In this document: positions 1 through 15,185 of the stretch, piece by piece
Layout: each line of letters starts with the position of its first letter
Position numbering within the stretch: the first letter of the stretch is position 1
Assembly: GCA_001662655.1 (NCBI GenBank)
Contig: KV460268.1
DNA length: 64,000 bases
Source: Pseudogymnoascus verrucosus
Taxonomy: Eukaryota
Direction: 5' to 3' (one strand)
Made by a program: the position numbers and the translations under genes
The notes under the pieces: generated by a model
Seen by the model: the letters and a program-made list of their open reading frames with translations, nothing else
What the model was told of the DNA's origin: nothing
Database searches by the model: none

Positions 1-502
1 CCCGTGACATCCAGCAGGAGATCCGTGAGTTTTTAGTTGAGACAGACAGATGTCTGCTTCCACCCATATCCCCAACCATATCCCTCATTCTATGCGCAGA
101 CAAGCACTCCGCATAGTCTCGCCGCAGACATGCGCTCCACCTCCTCGCTTTAGCGCCTGTTGCCTCCATAATTTCTAAAAGCGCTACTTGTTGTCGTGGC
201 GCTCCTAATTGAAATCATTGCACGCCAAGGGAAACAACAACGTCTATAATCATGCCTTCAATTCCATACGCCTACATCAACTATGCTTGTTATTACGTCT
301 ATGAATCTTCTATTATTACCTATACGATGGTAGTCTCTGGATCTCCTTAGATTTCCTTAAGGCTTAGGTTTTAGATCTTGCATCTTGCATCTTGCATCTT
401 GAATTGGAGAGAAAGGAAAGCAGATGTCGTTAACAAGGCTAGAAGTATTAGCTAGAGTAGGGTTGTAAACTTCAAGTATGAGAATTATGATGTGATTTAA
501 AA

Positions 503-2302
503 TTAGACGAGAAATCGATTTAGTATCTCAGATCCAGTTGTTAAATGATGAATATAACCTTGAGTTTCATGAGATGACGGTGACCAATCGACCGGAGTTT
601 CTTCAATGGGCTCCGAATCTTTCCACGCGCAAGGCCGAGTATACCGCTGCAGAAACTGGAGCATCCAGTTGTCCATTCTAAAGCTCGTGTTCATGTTCTT
701 CCTGCACGCCTCGTGGAAAACCTGCAGTCTACTCAGTGATAGGTCGAGCAGTGGCCAGTACTTTCGCAACCGAATCAGCATTTCGAAGTTTTGCTTCAAG
801 AATTGCTTTGCTTCCTCTATCTGTTGATCATTGGTGGCGAAGAGCAGCGTGTGTAAATGAACTGATGATGAGATGACTAACAAATGGCCAGTCACTACCC
901 AGACGCATTCGCAGTTTAATGTCGAATTAGCTGTCCATAATAAGGAGCTCAGATGTTTCGCATGCTCTTTGCATCTATTAGCGTAAGTATATCTCATAAT
1001 AGGATCAGGAGTAGACTTTGGATCGTAATGGAGAAACTGGTAATAGAGAAGTTGACTATGATGGTGGTAGTGTAGATGTAACCAAACAAACGTTCGACCG
1101 TGACCTAGTTGGTGGTATCGTTTGAAATTTTCCGGCGTGTTTTTCAATCCTTCTGGTAGTCGGAGCAACCAGGAATCTAAGCGGTGTGCAAGAAGTGTTG
1201 CTTTTTTATAGATGTCGATATCGTTACTAGGATCTCGTACCGTTAATTCGTGTAGTTCTTCGATCTGACTTATCATATCAGTCAACGGAATCATCTGTGC
1301 CCACAAGCTTGATTCTCGCTCTAAGATCACATCTTCAATCCGTCGTTCTTTCTCAAAATCAACGGGCCCTGGTTTGAGTAATTCGAAAGATAGATCATCC
1401 ATTGGTTTTGGGTAGCTTGGTTCCAAGTGGAGTTGCTTTGGATGACGTGCACCAGCAGATGACCAATTGTCCATCGACCATGTCGTCCACCAAACTAGCC
1501 AGACCATTAGCCCTCGGTTTCTCAAAAAAAGAAGGGACTCACGTCTAATTTGAACCTCTCGTTCAACTCGATCCATACTTAATACTTTCGGTAGTTCCAA
1601 GCGTTGTGCCATGCGGATTGCAAGAGCTCCATACAGTGATTCAGTCTCCATGTCTCCTTCTATGAAGCTAATATGGAGTAGCAGAGAGCATGCCTGAAGT
1701 GCCTCGATTGAAATGGGAGTCGTGCGACGATCGAAAAGGCGTATACTCTCCTCAGCCCAAGCACGGCCGCGCGACCATGGATCAGTGCCATGAAAATAAG
1801 GATTCTCCGAGAATCTAGCCAAAGTGAGCTGCTTAACTTTGAAACTCTGGGGTTCAGTCCACAAACCTTGCTGCTAAAGATATGATGGCAAACACAAGGA
1901 ACATCGGTGCCCTCCCCTCATACACGCTGGCGATGAAGGTTGGCGGATGAAAGAGACTGTGCTGCTTGTCGTGAATGAGCTTGAAATAGAGATCGACCAG
2001 CTCGTTCCGTAGAATATCTTCCACAAACAATGACGACGAGGCACTAATAGTAGAGCCATTCGCTGGAGAAGTCTGCTCCTCTGAACGAATGTCCCCGATT
2101 TGGGGCACATAGGGTGCATCTAGAATTGTGATGCTGCACGGAAGGCCCCGAGACTGGCATGATACACACGGTCCCCCATCCTCAGTGCTATTGCATTGTC
2201 GTTTTCGACACCTGAATTATTAGTTACTACTCTGCTTCGCTCTGCTTGCAAGGAGGGATTTGTCAATCACCTGCAACGGTCACAAGCGGTCCGCAATCTC
2301 AT
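503..2302 (-). CDS. Zn(II)2Cys6 fungal transcription factor with fungal-specific TF middle domain (4 exons)
   Basis: ATG at 2302. Splicing intron 2212-2270 gives MRLRTACDRCRCRKRQCNSTEDGGPCVSCQSRGLPC (six-Cys cluster). Further GT-AG introns near 1815-1866 and 1495-1542 join the ORFs 1854-2108 and 503-1864 (EALQACSLL..., VWWTTWSMDNW). Confidence 0.9.
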
Positions 2303-2969
2303 TGTGATGGGATTGAATCTATTGAACCTAGTCTGCTAAGGCAGAGTGTGGAGTTCAGACAACCTGAGAATCCCATCCATTCAGTAGCTTCTAATTGATT
2401 GTGCCACGTCTAGGCCACCAAAGCCAGGAGGATATTTAAACCCGCCTAGAGACGCGGGGTTACATCCATGATCATGATGTGCACACAAGCCAGTCCTGGT
2501 TCGAGTTCCCGCCTTTTTTCTGCCTCTTCTCCACCGCCTAATCCAATTGAGATTCAATCCAATTAGTCTGGGATTTAAACAGCCCGCGATTCCACTAGCG
2601 GCGGCTTTGGATGACAGGGGCGGGTAACCGAAGAACGAGAGCATGGCATATCGCGGCATTCATTCTCATGTAAGGTACCTATGGTAGTTGGTATTTCAAC
2701 TCCACAAGACAAATAGGCGAACATGATGCATACAGAATTCTGTCTTCAAACTTCACCACTCGTTCACTGTCTTCGGCGGGGCGGGGAGAGGGGGCGGGTT
2801 TCTTGAGTGCGGGGTTCGTCCAGGTTTCCTTACTTTCCTCCATCCTCCCTCCATCATCCTTTCGTCGTGCCCAATTTCTGTAGATTATTGTCCACGATTT
2901 TTGAGTTATCGTCAGCATTGTCATCAAAGATCTAGCTCTCTCTCAGCTTACCCTCTGTCAGAGTCCGCC

Positions 2970-5682
2970 ATGGCTTTGTACGCGAGCGTTGTCTCATACC
3001 CGCCACTTGGGCAGTTGACTTTGCTTCCAGCCAGCGACAAGAACGTGAGTACAGTCGGGTCCGATTGTAGAGTCGAAAAGAGAGCTGAAGACTAATTTTT
3101 CATGGCAGTTGAGCTTTGTCGTTAATCTTAAATCGAACAAGGTCTTCCCGAACTTCCCCTGGGAAGTCTCCCTGTGTTATAAATCGGCAAATGTTAGTGG
3201 GAAGAAGTGGTCGACTGTGCCGCTGCAACTGCAAGCAAGCCCGGTATGCATTCTCGAGAGTAATATGGTAGTCAAGAATGATCCGATGTTGGCAAACTAC
3301 GAGAACATCTTCATCACGAGCATACCCGTCGAATTAATGCGTCACAACCACATCGACTTCACAATCAAATTCCGAGTTGATGAGTACTCTCCATGGCAAT
3401 GGGTCGAGGATCAGTTTGGAACATGCAATGGGGAGATTCTACTACAAAAGCCGTTAGAGAGCCCAATGAATCTAGATCCATACTTGCATCTAGGTAGGGA
3501 CTGGGAAGTGGAACAATTGTATGTCGACGGCAAAAGCGCAACTTTTCATCTACAGTCGCGGACATCCCTTCCACCCGCCACGGAAGGAGATGCTAAGCGC
3601 GAACAATTGGTGCTTGGGAAAGTCCCTGGTCAGTTGAGATTCATGGCTCTTGTTCGCCTCCTGGAGCCATGGTTAGGACCAAGACACGGAAACGCCGAAT
3701 TCTCAGTAGAGGAGGATGCCATCATGTGCTGTTTCTTGAACGAAGCCGGGCAACATCTCACGCTGCTTCCTATGAATGGCATCGGCGATGTACAGACGCT
3801 AATTCGATCCGATGAAGAGTATATTGTCGTGGTTGTGGCACGAAATGATGGTCCTGAATCTTGTACTTTCCGAGTGATTGCTGCTGTTGCTTCCACGATC
3901 GAGGAATCGATATCTGCAGCGGTTGATGCAGCTCGAGATTTCGTCACCAATTCTAGCGAGGCAAGACAAACGGCATCTAATATTACAAAGGTGATAAACG
4001 GCGATCCGGAAAATTTGCGGTCATCGCCAGTTGAAGATTGGTGCGATGGACTGGCGTATTGTACATACAACTCCCTAGGAATGCATCTTGACATCTCCAA
4101 GATTCTTAAAGGCCTAGAGTCTCTTTCGAGAGCTGGAGTGACAGTATCTTCCATGATTATAGACGATAAATGGCAGAAGATTAATGATCAGGAGAATCCG
4201 GATCTGTGGCAGTGTGCCTGGGAAGATTTTGAAGCCGACAAGAAGTGCTTTCCGAACGGCCTAAAGTCAGCAATCACCACGATCCGTGAAAAGCACCCAG
4301 CACTCAAGGATATCGCCATCTGGCATGCTCTCCTTGGCTACTGGGGCGGTATGTCGCCCAGTGGCCACATTTCCCAAAAATACCGAATGATTCAAGACAA
4401 GGCTCTTCTTCAGGGCCATGTACCAGCTGTTATTCACACCGTCCATCCTGAAGATGTCTATAGGATGTACGACGACTTCTATAGCTTCTTGTCCTCGTGC
4501 GGAATCACATCGGTCAAGACCGATGTCCAATTTATGATCGATCAATTCCAGTCAACCAAAATTCGAGGATCCGTCCCGACAGCATACCAATCTGCCTGGA
4601 CCACGGCGCACCTTCGGCACTTCCAAGGTAAAGCAATTAGCTGTATGAGCATGATCCCTCAGATCCTCTTCCACTCATTCCTCCCGACGAACAATCCTGT
4701 CTGCGTTATGCGAAACAGTGACGACTTCTTTCCAGAGATTCGGTCGAGCCATCCTCGCCATCTCTTCCTCAACGCACATAACGCCCTATTCACGCAGAAC
4801 CTCAACGTCCTGCCTGATTGGGACATGTTCCAGACATCGCATCCCTACTCGAGATTCCACGCAGCTGCAAGATGCATTTCGGGTGGTCCCGTGTACATAA
4901 CGGATTCTCCAAACGAGCATGATATCGAACTCATTCATGAAATGTCAGCACCAGATCAGCACGGCAGGACTATCATTCTACGACCCACCAATGTTGCCCG
5001 CACCATCAGTGCCTATGATGCATACTCTGAGGGACACTTGCTCAAAATTGGAACGACTACGGGAGAGGGACGCCATCAAGCCAGCATTCTTGGTGTCTTT
5101 AATATCTCCGAGCATGAAAAGACCTTTATGCTCAATGTTAACGAGATCCTAAGCACAGCTTCAGAGCTACCGGCGGGCAAAGCTTTGATCCGTTGTTACC
5201 GAAACTCGCTGACCTTCCCTCCCGTCGACCTCGCACAATCGTATACATCGCCATTGGTGATCCATGGCACCCTTAATAGCTGCGAATCAGACATCTTCTC
5301 AGCTCATCCTATCCACGAAGTTGCACTAATGGATTCACTCGTCTCAGTTGCCGTGTTGGGACTGCTGGGAAAGATGACGGGTGCAGCTGCCGTGTTGTCG
5401 GTTTGCAGCACCGTTGTCGACGACCTTATCCGACTTGATATCGGCCTAAAGGCCCTGGGAAGGCTTGGCGTCTGGATGGCTGAATCAAGAGCAGGATCTC
5501 GGCGGGTGTCTCCTAGTGAGATGACTGCAATGGTTCAGGGAACTGCTATTCCGAAACGATACCTGCTCATAACTAGCGATGCGAATGGGTATCAGGTTGA
5601 TATTGATTTGCTAACCGCTTGGAGAGACCTAGGCCTGCAGGGCTCTGACAGCAAAGAGATCAGTGTCACGTTGTGGATATAG
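2970..5682 (+). CDS. GH36 raffinose synthase / seed-imbibition (Sip1)-like alpha-galactosidase, intracellular
   Basis: ATG 2970, intron 3045-3108, then the 857-aa ORF. Motifs IIDDKWQ, WHALLGYWGG, VKTDVQ (nucleophile KxD), RNSDDF (acid/base), PDWDMFQTSH, ISGGPVYITD. No signal peptide. Confidence 0.92.
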
Positions 5683-5981
5683 GTTTAATGGCGTTTTCCG
5701 GGCGGGTTTGGTCAGATTAGTTTCCGTAGGTTAGATAGGTGTTGGGATGGTTCAGAATTAAATGTGACTGAGAGCTATCTGCCGTCTTCTGCGGGACCGA
5801 ACTCTTCCACAATAACCACTCTTTAGAATAACCCGAATAGAAATAGTCATCTAATCTGTGCCGAATCGCCCTGCGTCGTTCTTAATAGCGCTAGAAGAAG
5901 AGGGTATGCTAGGTAGGATACAATAATCGCGTCGTCTTCCACGCATGCCATGTGGTGTAGGATGTAGTGGGAATAAATGGC

Positions 5982-6062
5982 GGGGCAATGCCGACGCTAG
6001 TAGCATGGAATGGCCTGTATAGGTGGGGCAATGCCGACGCTAGCGGCATTGAGCGGCATTGA
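5982..6062. repeat. 19-bp direct repeat GGGGCAATGCCGACGCTAG x2, followed by GCGGCATTGA x2, in the MFS promoter
   Basis: Exact copies at 5982-6000 and 6025-6043. Each overlaps a CreA-type SYGGRG hexamer (GCGGGG 5980, GTGGGG 6023). Confidence 0.85.
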
Positions 6063-6405
6063 GTGCGCCTGTCGTATCTAGGCCAACTCTGGGCTTCCAA
6101 ATCAAGCGCATGCTAGGATTTCAACCCCACGATTTCCGCCCCATGATTTCCACCCCACGGGGAAATGCGTCAAAGTTGGACTTTGGGCGGATGAGTCGCG
6201 GACCTAGTGCACCTTCGAGTTCGTTCAAGGGTTCGAAGGCTCCTAGTCGTTGCTGTTGACATTAATATATATAAAGGTCCTGTTGATCCTTGGTGTAGAT
6301 GGAATTTTCCACTAGAATCAACATCTCCTACTTTTCCTTGCTTACAAACGAAGTCTCTCTTTGGCTCTCTCTACCTCTTTCTTAGTCGGACAGGACGACT
6401 CTAGC

Positions 6406-8356
6406 ATGTCGACCATGAAGGATGACTTCGTTAGTCACGGCACCCATGTCGAGCTCACCACGTCCCTTAGCCAGAAAAGGGCAGACGATGAGGCATTCAA
6501 AGCCCGTGCCCGTGACGGCAACGAGATTGAACATGCCTTGAGCCCCCTCGAGGCCATCAAGGCCTATCCCATGGCTATCTTCTGGTGTCTTATGGTGTCA
6601 ATGTGCGTTGTTATGGAAGGCTACGACACGATTCTGATTGCCAACTTCTTCGCGTATCCAACCTTTGCCAAAAAGTATGGCCAGAGCGTCGATGCAAATG
6701 GCCATTGGCAATTAAGCGCCTCTTGGGTATGTTAATTGCGTCTTCCCAAATGCAATATGCAATAGATACTAACCTCTGCACAGCAAGCAGCGGTCGGCAG
6801 AGGCAGTGGTATTGGCGCCTTCTTTGGTGTGCTCCTTAATGGTATCATCGTCAATAAATTCGGGCAAAAGAGGGCTGTTATCGGCGCTCTCATCTCCCTC
6901 TCCTGCACGCTCTTCATCGTGTTCTTTGCTCCTGATATCAAGATTCTCCTCGTCGGTCAGATCCTCTGTGGTCTTCCTTGGGGAGTCTTCGCTAGTTCCG
7001 CCCCAGCCTACGCTTCTGAGGTCCTTCCACTGTCCCTCCGGGTCTACATGACGTCTTACACCAACATGGTATGTATTTGCTCTCTGATATGAAACTCGAA
7101 CAATTGCTGACGTCGGCAGTGCTTCATCATGGGTCAGCTTATTGCTGCTGGCGTTTTGGCTGGATTGGTTAACAGGACCGACGAATGGGGATATCGTATT
7201 CCATTTGCGCTTCAATGGTATACCGCATCTCGCCACTCCTCGGTCTTAATTCAACGACTAACAACAACAGGATGTGGCCGGTAGTGCTGATCCCAATACT
7301 TTGCTTCGCCCCCGAATCTCCATGGCATCTGGTCCGGCAAAATCGACTTGAAGAGGCGGAAGCCTCCCTACGCCGGTTGCAACGTGCCTCTGCCCCTATC
7401 GACCCCCAGAAAACGCTCGCTGTCATTATGCACACCAATGCTCTTGAAGAGGAGCTTTCAAAAGGAACTAGGTATCAGGACTGCTACAAGGGTAACGAGC
7501 TCCGCCGCACCGAAATTGCCTGCATGACTTTCATGGGCCAAGTACTCGCTGGTGCGCCCTTTGCATACACCTCGACCTACTTCTTCCAGCAAGTTGGCAT
7601 GCCGACGGACATGATCTACAATATGAATGTGGGAGCTACGTGTATGGCTTTCGTCGGAACCCTGGTCTCGTGGTTTGGGATCATGCCATACTTTGGACGT
7701 CGCAAGATTTACATGGTATGTTCCCTTTGGCTTATATTGTGTGGGGCTATCCTCCGAAGCCCTGTTACGCAGCACCGTGTGACATAAGGCTGATTTTGAT
7801 CTCTAGTCTGGTGCATTCACCATGTCCGCCATTCTCTTCATCATCGGATTCTTAGGAACAAAGGGAAACGTTATGGCTGTGGGCTATACGCAATCCGCGC
7901 TCTGTCTCGTGTGGACCTTCATCTTTCAGCTCTCAATCGGTCAACTGGGCTGGGCTATACCAGCCGAAGTCGGCTCTACGCGCCTGCGCCAGAAGACCAT
8001 ATGCCTTGCTCGCAATGCATACTACATTGCTGATGTCGTTGGTGGCGTGCTGCAGCCGTATTTCATGAACCCCACCGAGTGGAATCTCAAGGGTTACACG
8101 GGTTTCATCTGGGGATCAACCTGCTTTATTCTCGCCATGGTAAGTACTGTTATTTCGCTTTGAGTTCTTCATAGCTAATATCTGCTCCTAGTGGACTTAT
8201 TTCCGCCTTCCTGAGACTAAAGGCCGCACTTTCGACGAATTGGACGTTCTCTTCGGGAAAAGGATCAGCGCAAGGAAGTTTGCTTCGTATAAGGTCGACT
8301 CATTTCACCATAGCATTATGCTGGTACTTCCCAGTGGCGAAAAGGTGGCTGCGTAG
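6406..8356 (+). CDS. MFS sugar porter, general alpha-glucoside/maltose permease family (multi-exon)
   Basis: Exons give MEGYDTILIANFFAYPTFAKKYG, GQILCGLPWG...AYASEVLPLSLR, PESPWHLVRQ, RRTEIAC, PAEVGSTRLRQKT, FRLPETKGRTFDELDVLF. TATA-like TATATAAA near 6267. Stop TAG 8354-8356. Confidence 0.92.
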
Positions 8357-10703
8357 GCTAAGGTGAGATTTGTACCTATAGTCTAGTGTAAATTAAGCCA
8401 TTATAAGATTAAATTCAAAGCTTAAGAGCGTTAAATATAGAAGTGAGTAAGGGATCATCATAGTTTCTATGGAACTGAGGAGAGCTTAAAACACTAGACA
8501 TTTCATTGTTACTCATCCAAGACGGTCTGCAGCGGCTGGATTGACTCTCCGATACTATCTTGGAATTCCGCCAGCAAATCATCAGCTAAAAATATGTATC
8601 GCAGTGCCCAGGCCTACCATCAGGTGTCCGGTAATCGCATGGATCACACCATAGACATGAGGAGTTGCTGGGCTGCTGTGTGTATTCGATTGCTATGAAA
8701 GGTCTTGGGGGGATTTCAAGTTGATGTAATCCGCAGTACGCTCGTTGGTACTTCGTAAATTGGGTGGATCCGTGGATACACGGCCCCTCAATTTAGTGAG
8801 GGCGCGAGTCTTGATCGGCAGGAGCCGAACCAAGTGGAGGGTGCACACGCTACAAATGTCAAGAGCCGGCGATCGCTTTCACCTCGTGGTAGTGTAGGGC
8901 ATAATGAGATCAAAATTGTCCAGTAGAAGGAATTGCCGTGCCTGTGAGAAATTCGAATGCCGTTCCTATTCCAATTCTCTAAATCACGTGAACTTCACGA
9001 TGTAGTCACCTGATTATTTCCTTGATGTAAAGCTCACAAGGCACAGCATGAACCATGATACGAGGTTTGATCCTCGAGTGATGATCTGTTATAGATCCCC
9101 TTCCTGGGCTACCCAACAGTCTGGGAAATAGACCTTGCATAGCTGAGAATGAGAAGATACTGTGCTACTAACAATTGAAGAGACCGTTGGTGCCACAATC
9201 ATCCTCCAATATACAGTGTCGTACGCTCGTATAGAGCGTCTATTGGGATACTTACAACCTATAGTGATCGGAAAGTCATTTTCGTGTGCAGTTGCTTGCT
9301 GTACTCCAAGACTCATAATAGGACCTTTAACAAGTCTCCCATTGGCTCTTGAGCACAGTCCTTCCTCGGAACTTGCCCGGCATGAGTACTCGAGTACTTT
9401 GATAAATCGTTTGCCAGCGCCTTTGAGAAATCGAACCCATTGGCTCATTGAATCTATTTTGAAAGCGCTTCTAACTGTGGAGTACGTACGTACTCTAGTC
9501 TTCTCCTCTTGGTTAGGTCTTACATATCGCTAGACCGATAAAGGCTCGGCTCTTTTATGAAGCGACACACGCAGGCGCTGCCGTGCCGTGTAACGGAGCG
9601 CGGCACAGACCCACGATGGCTGTTGGTGTCTTTCCCCCCCCTCGCACCTGCCTAATATCGAGGCCAAAGCGGAGTGGAGTTCGCCTTCCCTTCCTGCCTG
9701 TTATGTGAATACTACCCTGCATGCATCACGAATCCCAGCTGCCTCCTTGCAGTCACCGTTGCTGTCGACTGGAATATCGCCGAATAACAAAGGCCGGGCG
9801 TTCGTGACAGTACGGCTTTGGGCAAGAACATGCCATGTGGGAGGAGGTTGGTATGGGTATGCTATCCTAGTACCACGTATGGTTGCAACCAAAGTTGAAA
9901 TGCTACGCCCCTTGCTTACTTTAGTATGAGAAGGGAGGGTTGAACTACTCCGTCGGAAAAGCCTTCCGCTCCGGGGGTGTTGTCAGAATAATTGTTCCAC
10001 AGGGACAGTCTCAGTAAAGTGAGTGGCGTCGTTTACGCCTCTGGCGGCTAACAAAATTGGAACGAACAGCCCAACAGAGGGTCCAGTGCACCAAATGCGG
10101 AATTTCCTCTATTCACGGCACTGCAATCAATCAATATTGAGCCCCGTGGAGCTTACAAGAAAGAAGCAACTTCGACTATGCACGATAGAGTATTGACCTT
10201 CTTCGAGGCCGGGGCCCGAACCGGGCTTTGGGCCCACCCACGCGACCCCGCGGCCTGGCGGGTAAAGTGCACAGCTATTCGCTGGAATCCTGGTCCATAG
10301 TGGAGGAGCAAGCGTCGGATGATCTATTCGCGGCACTGGTCATCTCTAATGGCCAGGGTAGTGCAGGAAGATCCATGGTTCTTCGCTCCGTACGTACACC
10401 TTGCATGCAGTCTATATTGGTGAAAGGTCCACTCTCTCCAGACCTGCATATGGCAGAGGAGTCGATTTTTAGTAGCACCCACGGATTACGGATCATGGAT
10501 GTTGGAGGCAATATTGGATCCATTTCAAGGTCTGTTATTTATTATAAGAAGTTCATGGGAAGCACCCTTCTCAATCCACCAGCTTCTCTTTCGACCTCCA
10601 GTTCTCCTTCTTCAATTCTCTCGAAGCCTCTTTCTTTCTGTTGATCACTGGTCTCTCCTCTCTCGACAAGTTTCAGTCTTCAAGTCACTTTCAAGCAGCC
10701 ATC

Positions 10704-11399
10704 ATGCCTTCAATCACCAGCCTCCTCTCTTATGCCGCCATAACTCTTCTCGCCTCCTCTCACCTCTCCGCTGCCACTCCGGTGCCTATGTGCAAATTGG
10801 TTGTACGAGAAACTCCAGCCCTCCCTACCACCGGCAGCGGCACTCAACTCCCAGCCGTTAGCGCTGGTCTCCACCTCAAATTCGTCACCCTCGGCCGCGG
10901 CGTCCAGAACTACACCTGTGCGGGTGGCTCCGGCACCCCAACTGCCGTTGGCGCCATCGCAGATATCTTCGACATCACCGCCCTCGCACAGTTGAGCCCC
11001 ACCTCCGCTGCCTTCACCGGCCTCCCAGCAGCAGCCGCCTACCTCACTATCCCTGGTGTCCAGCAGTTGCTGAACACCCGCATGCCTGGTGGCAACACCG
11101 CCACAATTATTGGAAAGCACTTCTTCAACTCCGCTGGTGTCCCGACCTTTGATTTGTCTGCTAGGGGCAAGAAGTTGCTCAGCAAGCTTGTGGGTAAGGT
11201 CCCTGCTCCCGCAACTGCGGATGTAGGCCCTGCTGGCACCGGAGCTGTGCCGTGGCTGAAGCTTGACGATGCTGGGGGCAGTGCCGGGCTCAAGGAGGTT
11301 TACCGTGTCTACACCGCTGGAGGCAATGCACCTGCTTCTTGCTCTGGCCAGGCGGCTGTTTCTGTTGAATATGCCGCCATGTATTGGTTTTACGGGTAA
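10704..11399 (+). CDS. Secreted DUF3455-family protein (often mis-annotated as malate dehydrogenase)
   Basis: Signal peptide MPSITSLLSYAAITLLASSHLSAA. Motifs LGRGVQNYTC, GKHFF...PTFDL, AVPWLKL, VYRVYTAGGNAP, EYAAMYWFY. Confidence 0.85.
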   Translation: MPSITSLLSYAAITLLASSHLSAATPVPMCKLVVRETPALPTTGSGTQLPAVSAGLHLKFVTLGRGVQNYTCAGGSGTPTAVGAIADIFDITALAQLSPTSAAFTGLPAAAAYLTIPGVQQLLNTRMPGGNTATIIGKHFFNSAGVPTFDLSARGKKLLSKLVGKVPAPATADVGPAGTGAVPWLKLDDAGGSAGLKEVYRVYTAGGNAPASCSGQAAVSVEYAAMYWFYG

Positions 11400-12798
11400 A
11401 CACATGGACATGTGAAGGACATCAGCACAACAAATATGTTTAACTTATACATCTATATTTGAAGAAAGGTTTATGGGGGGCTTGAGGTGTACCGAAGGGG
11501 AAGGCATTTATCTATCTATGCCTTGGGGATTCGGATGTATATATTATTACTCTTTCACCTGGATCAGGACTTCCCACGAAGCCATCCTCACACCTTCACT
11601 TGTTGGTATAAAAGTCATATATCAATAACCACATAGCAATACCAGAGGGAAATCCATGAAACCCACCACTATCCCATCTAAACAAACTGACGTTGTAAAT
11701 CCACCCCTCCACTCCCTCGCTTCATCATCTCGCCTCGTTCCACTTACCGCTGTCCCACCCACCCCTCGCCCCCTCCGTCGATCTCCCCCTAAACCCGCTC
11801 TCACACACCCAACACACGCCCTCTGTACTCTTCGAGAGACACAACCTCCCCAAACCAACAAATCAAGCTCCCTCCCAACCAACACCTCCCCTCTCACAAC
11901 CTCCGTCCCACCCCTCGCGCCAAACACCTCCGCGGGTATCTCAGCTCCATAACGATCCCGCGCCCTTCGTGGCTCCCTCCAGCTTACTTGCACAATCGTG
12001 TGTTACCGCAAAATAAATGGTTTGCACCCCCATGACGCCGTGTCTCCAACACGCCGCCGCTGCCATGTAGTGCGCAGAGTTCCAACACGCGCACACAGCG
12101 TGACACGAAGGTCCAACGGCCCCCACGTGAATCCGGCCGCCATTCGGCCGTCGTTGGACCGCTACCATCTCTCATCTCAGATCCTCCAACAAAGAATACT
12201 AACAAATGGAACTACCTCCTTGCTTGAAGGAGCTTATTTTCTTTTCATTTTTCTTTAAGAGAGGGGGTCTTGAACGTGGTGTCAGATTAAAGATCGTCTG
12301 GGTTTCCCGAGTTGTGGGTGAGACATTGGGGCAGCAAGGGATGTGCAGATCTGCCTACATCGCTGATCCCGGACACATGCTGACACGCCGCGCATATGTG
12401 ATGGTATGTATGGTTTGTCGGTATGGGGGATAAATATGCAACCTAATCAGCCACCGCCGAAGCCGGTGAGCTGGGTATCAGGAATGTGTCCAAAAAATGG
12501 GCTGGATAAAATGTATGTAAGGAAAATACAATCTTTTTGTCTCCTTTCCTACTCTTGTGATAGCTAGCACTCCTTGTTTCTTTCCAACTTTCCAACTCCG
12601 CTCATATCGCTTCTTCCTAGATTTTTTATCTCAAAATAAATAAAAGCAAATTTCTCGCACGCTCTGCATTCATTAGGAGAATTAAACAAAATCAAATCCC
12701 CCCACTCCTCCCTCACAACATCCAACCCATCTCCAACTCGTAAATCTCGTCTAAAGACAGGACTATATCCATATCCCCCTATATGGCACCTGCCAAAT

Positions 12799-14278
<1,480 letters not shown>

Positions 14279-15185
14279 GGTTGGGAGGAGTTGGTTGTAG
14301 TTAAGTGCGGGGCTGTAGTCGAGCGAGTACTACGAGGCGTTCTTCGGAAGACGACAAGTACTTTTAAACGGCAGGTATCTCGAAATATACCAGCTGAAGA
14401 GCCTTTCTTGGGAGATGGGGCTCTGGAAATTTTGAGGGTGGTGGCTTTGTTTGAAAGACTGTCGAGCTGTAGGCGCGCGACTAGAGGGGTGTGTGGCAAG
14501 CTCGAATGAGACGAGCGGGGTGACTGATGCTTGTCAGACGGAGCGAAGGGGTGTCTCAAGAAGACACCACTGCACGAAGTCTAGGTCATGTAAATCACCG
14601 CAAATATTGGTTTCAAGTAGAGTAAAAGGACGCGAATATGTGTGTAAACGTGTATAAATGAGGATATATATAAAAAATCGAGCGATAGAACAGTAAATAC
14701 ACAGTAAATACAGTATTTACAGCAAGAGGGGTCTATGATGATTTGAGGGTCAGCTCTGATCGGGAGTGACCCGTGGTGGGGCAAAAGTTTGAGGTACGGG
14801 TACATCTTTCAGGGTGCCACTTACACCACTGAATCCTTTGGTTACGCGACACTCCAATCAGTTCTTCCCGTCGCCATCTGCCGCTATCCAGTACGTAAGG
14901 TAGGGCTGAGACACATCAGCTTTCCCCTTAAAAGGCCGCTCTTGGGGTCCGAATGTGAAACTCTTCTTTTCAGCTGACGAGGCTATCCAAATCATTTGTA
15001 GGAAAATATGGGCGACATGAGCGACACGAGCGACCAACGGTAACGTCGATCCACTGTGCGCCATCTATATTGTTGGAGCCAACGGCCTGATGGTATTCAT
15101 TTTTTCTCCACGGGCGACATCTCTATGTACTGTACTTTCACCCGGCTACATCATCATTCATAAATTTCACCATGTTGTGTTTCCC

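Noticed and set aside
375..402. ATCTTGC x3-4 tandem repeat
   Set aside because: Ordinary short microsatellite downstream of the TF gene.
2430..2520. GGTTCGAGTTCCC followed by a T-run, resembling a tRNA T-arm/B-box and Pol III terminator
   Set aside because: No acceptor stem, D-arm or anticodon arm can be folded, and the B-box has an extra base.
11622..12433. Overlapping short ORFs with Pro-rich or Gly/Arg-rich translations
   Set aside because: Low-complexity C/G-skewed sequence with no motif or coherent exon structure; cannot support a gene.
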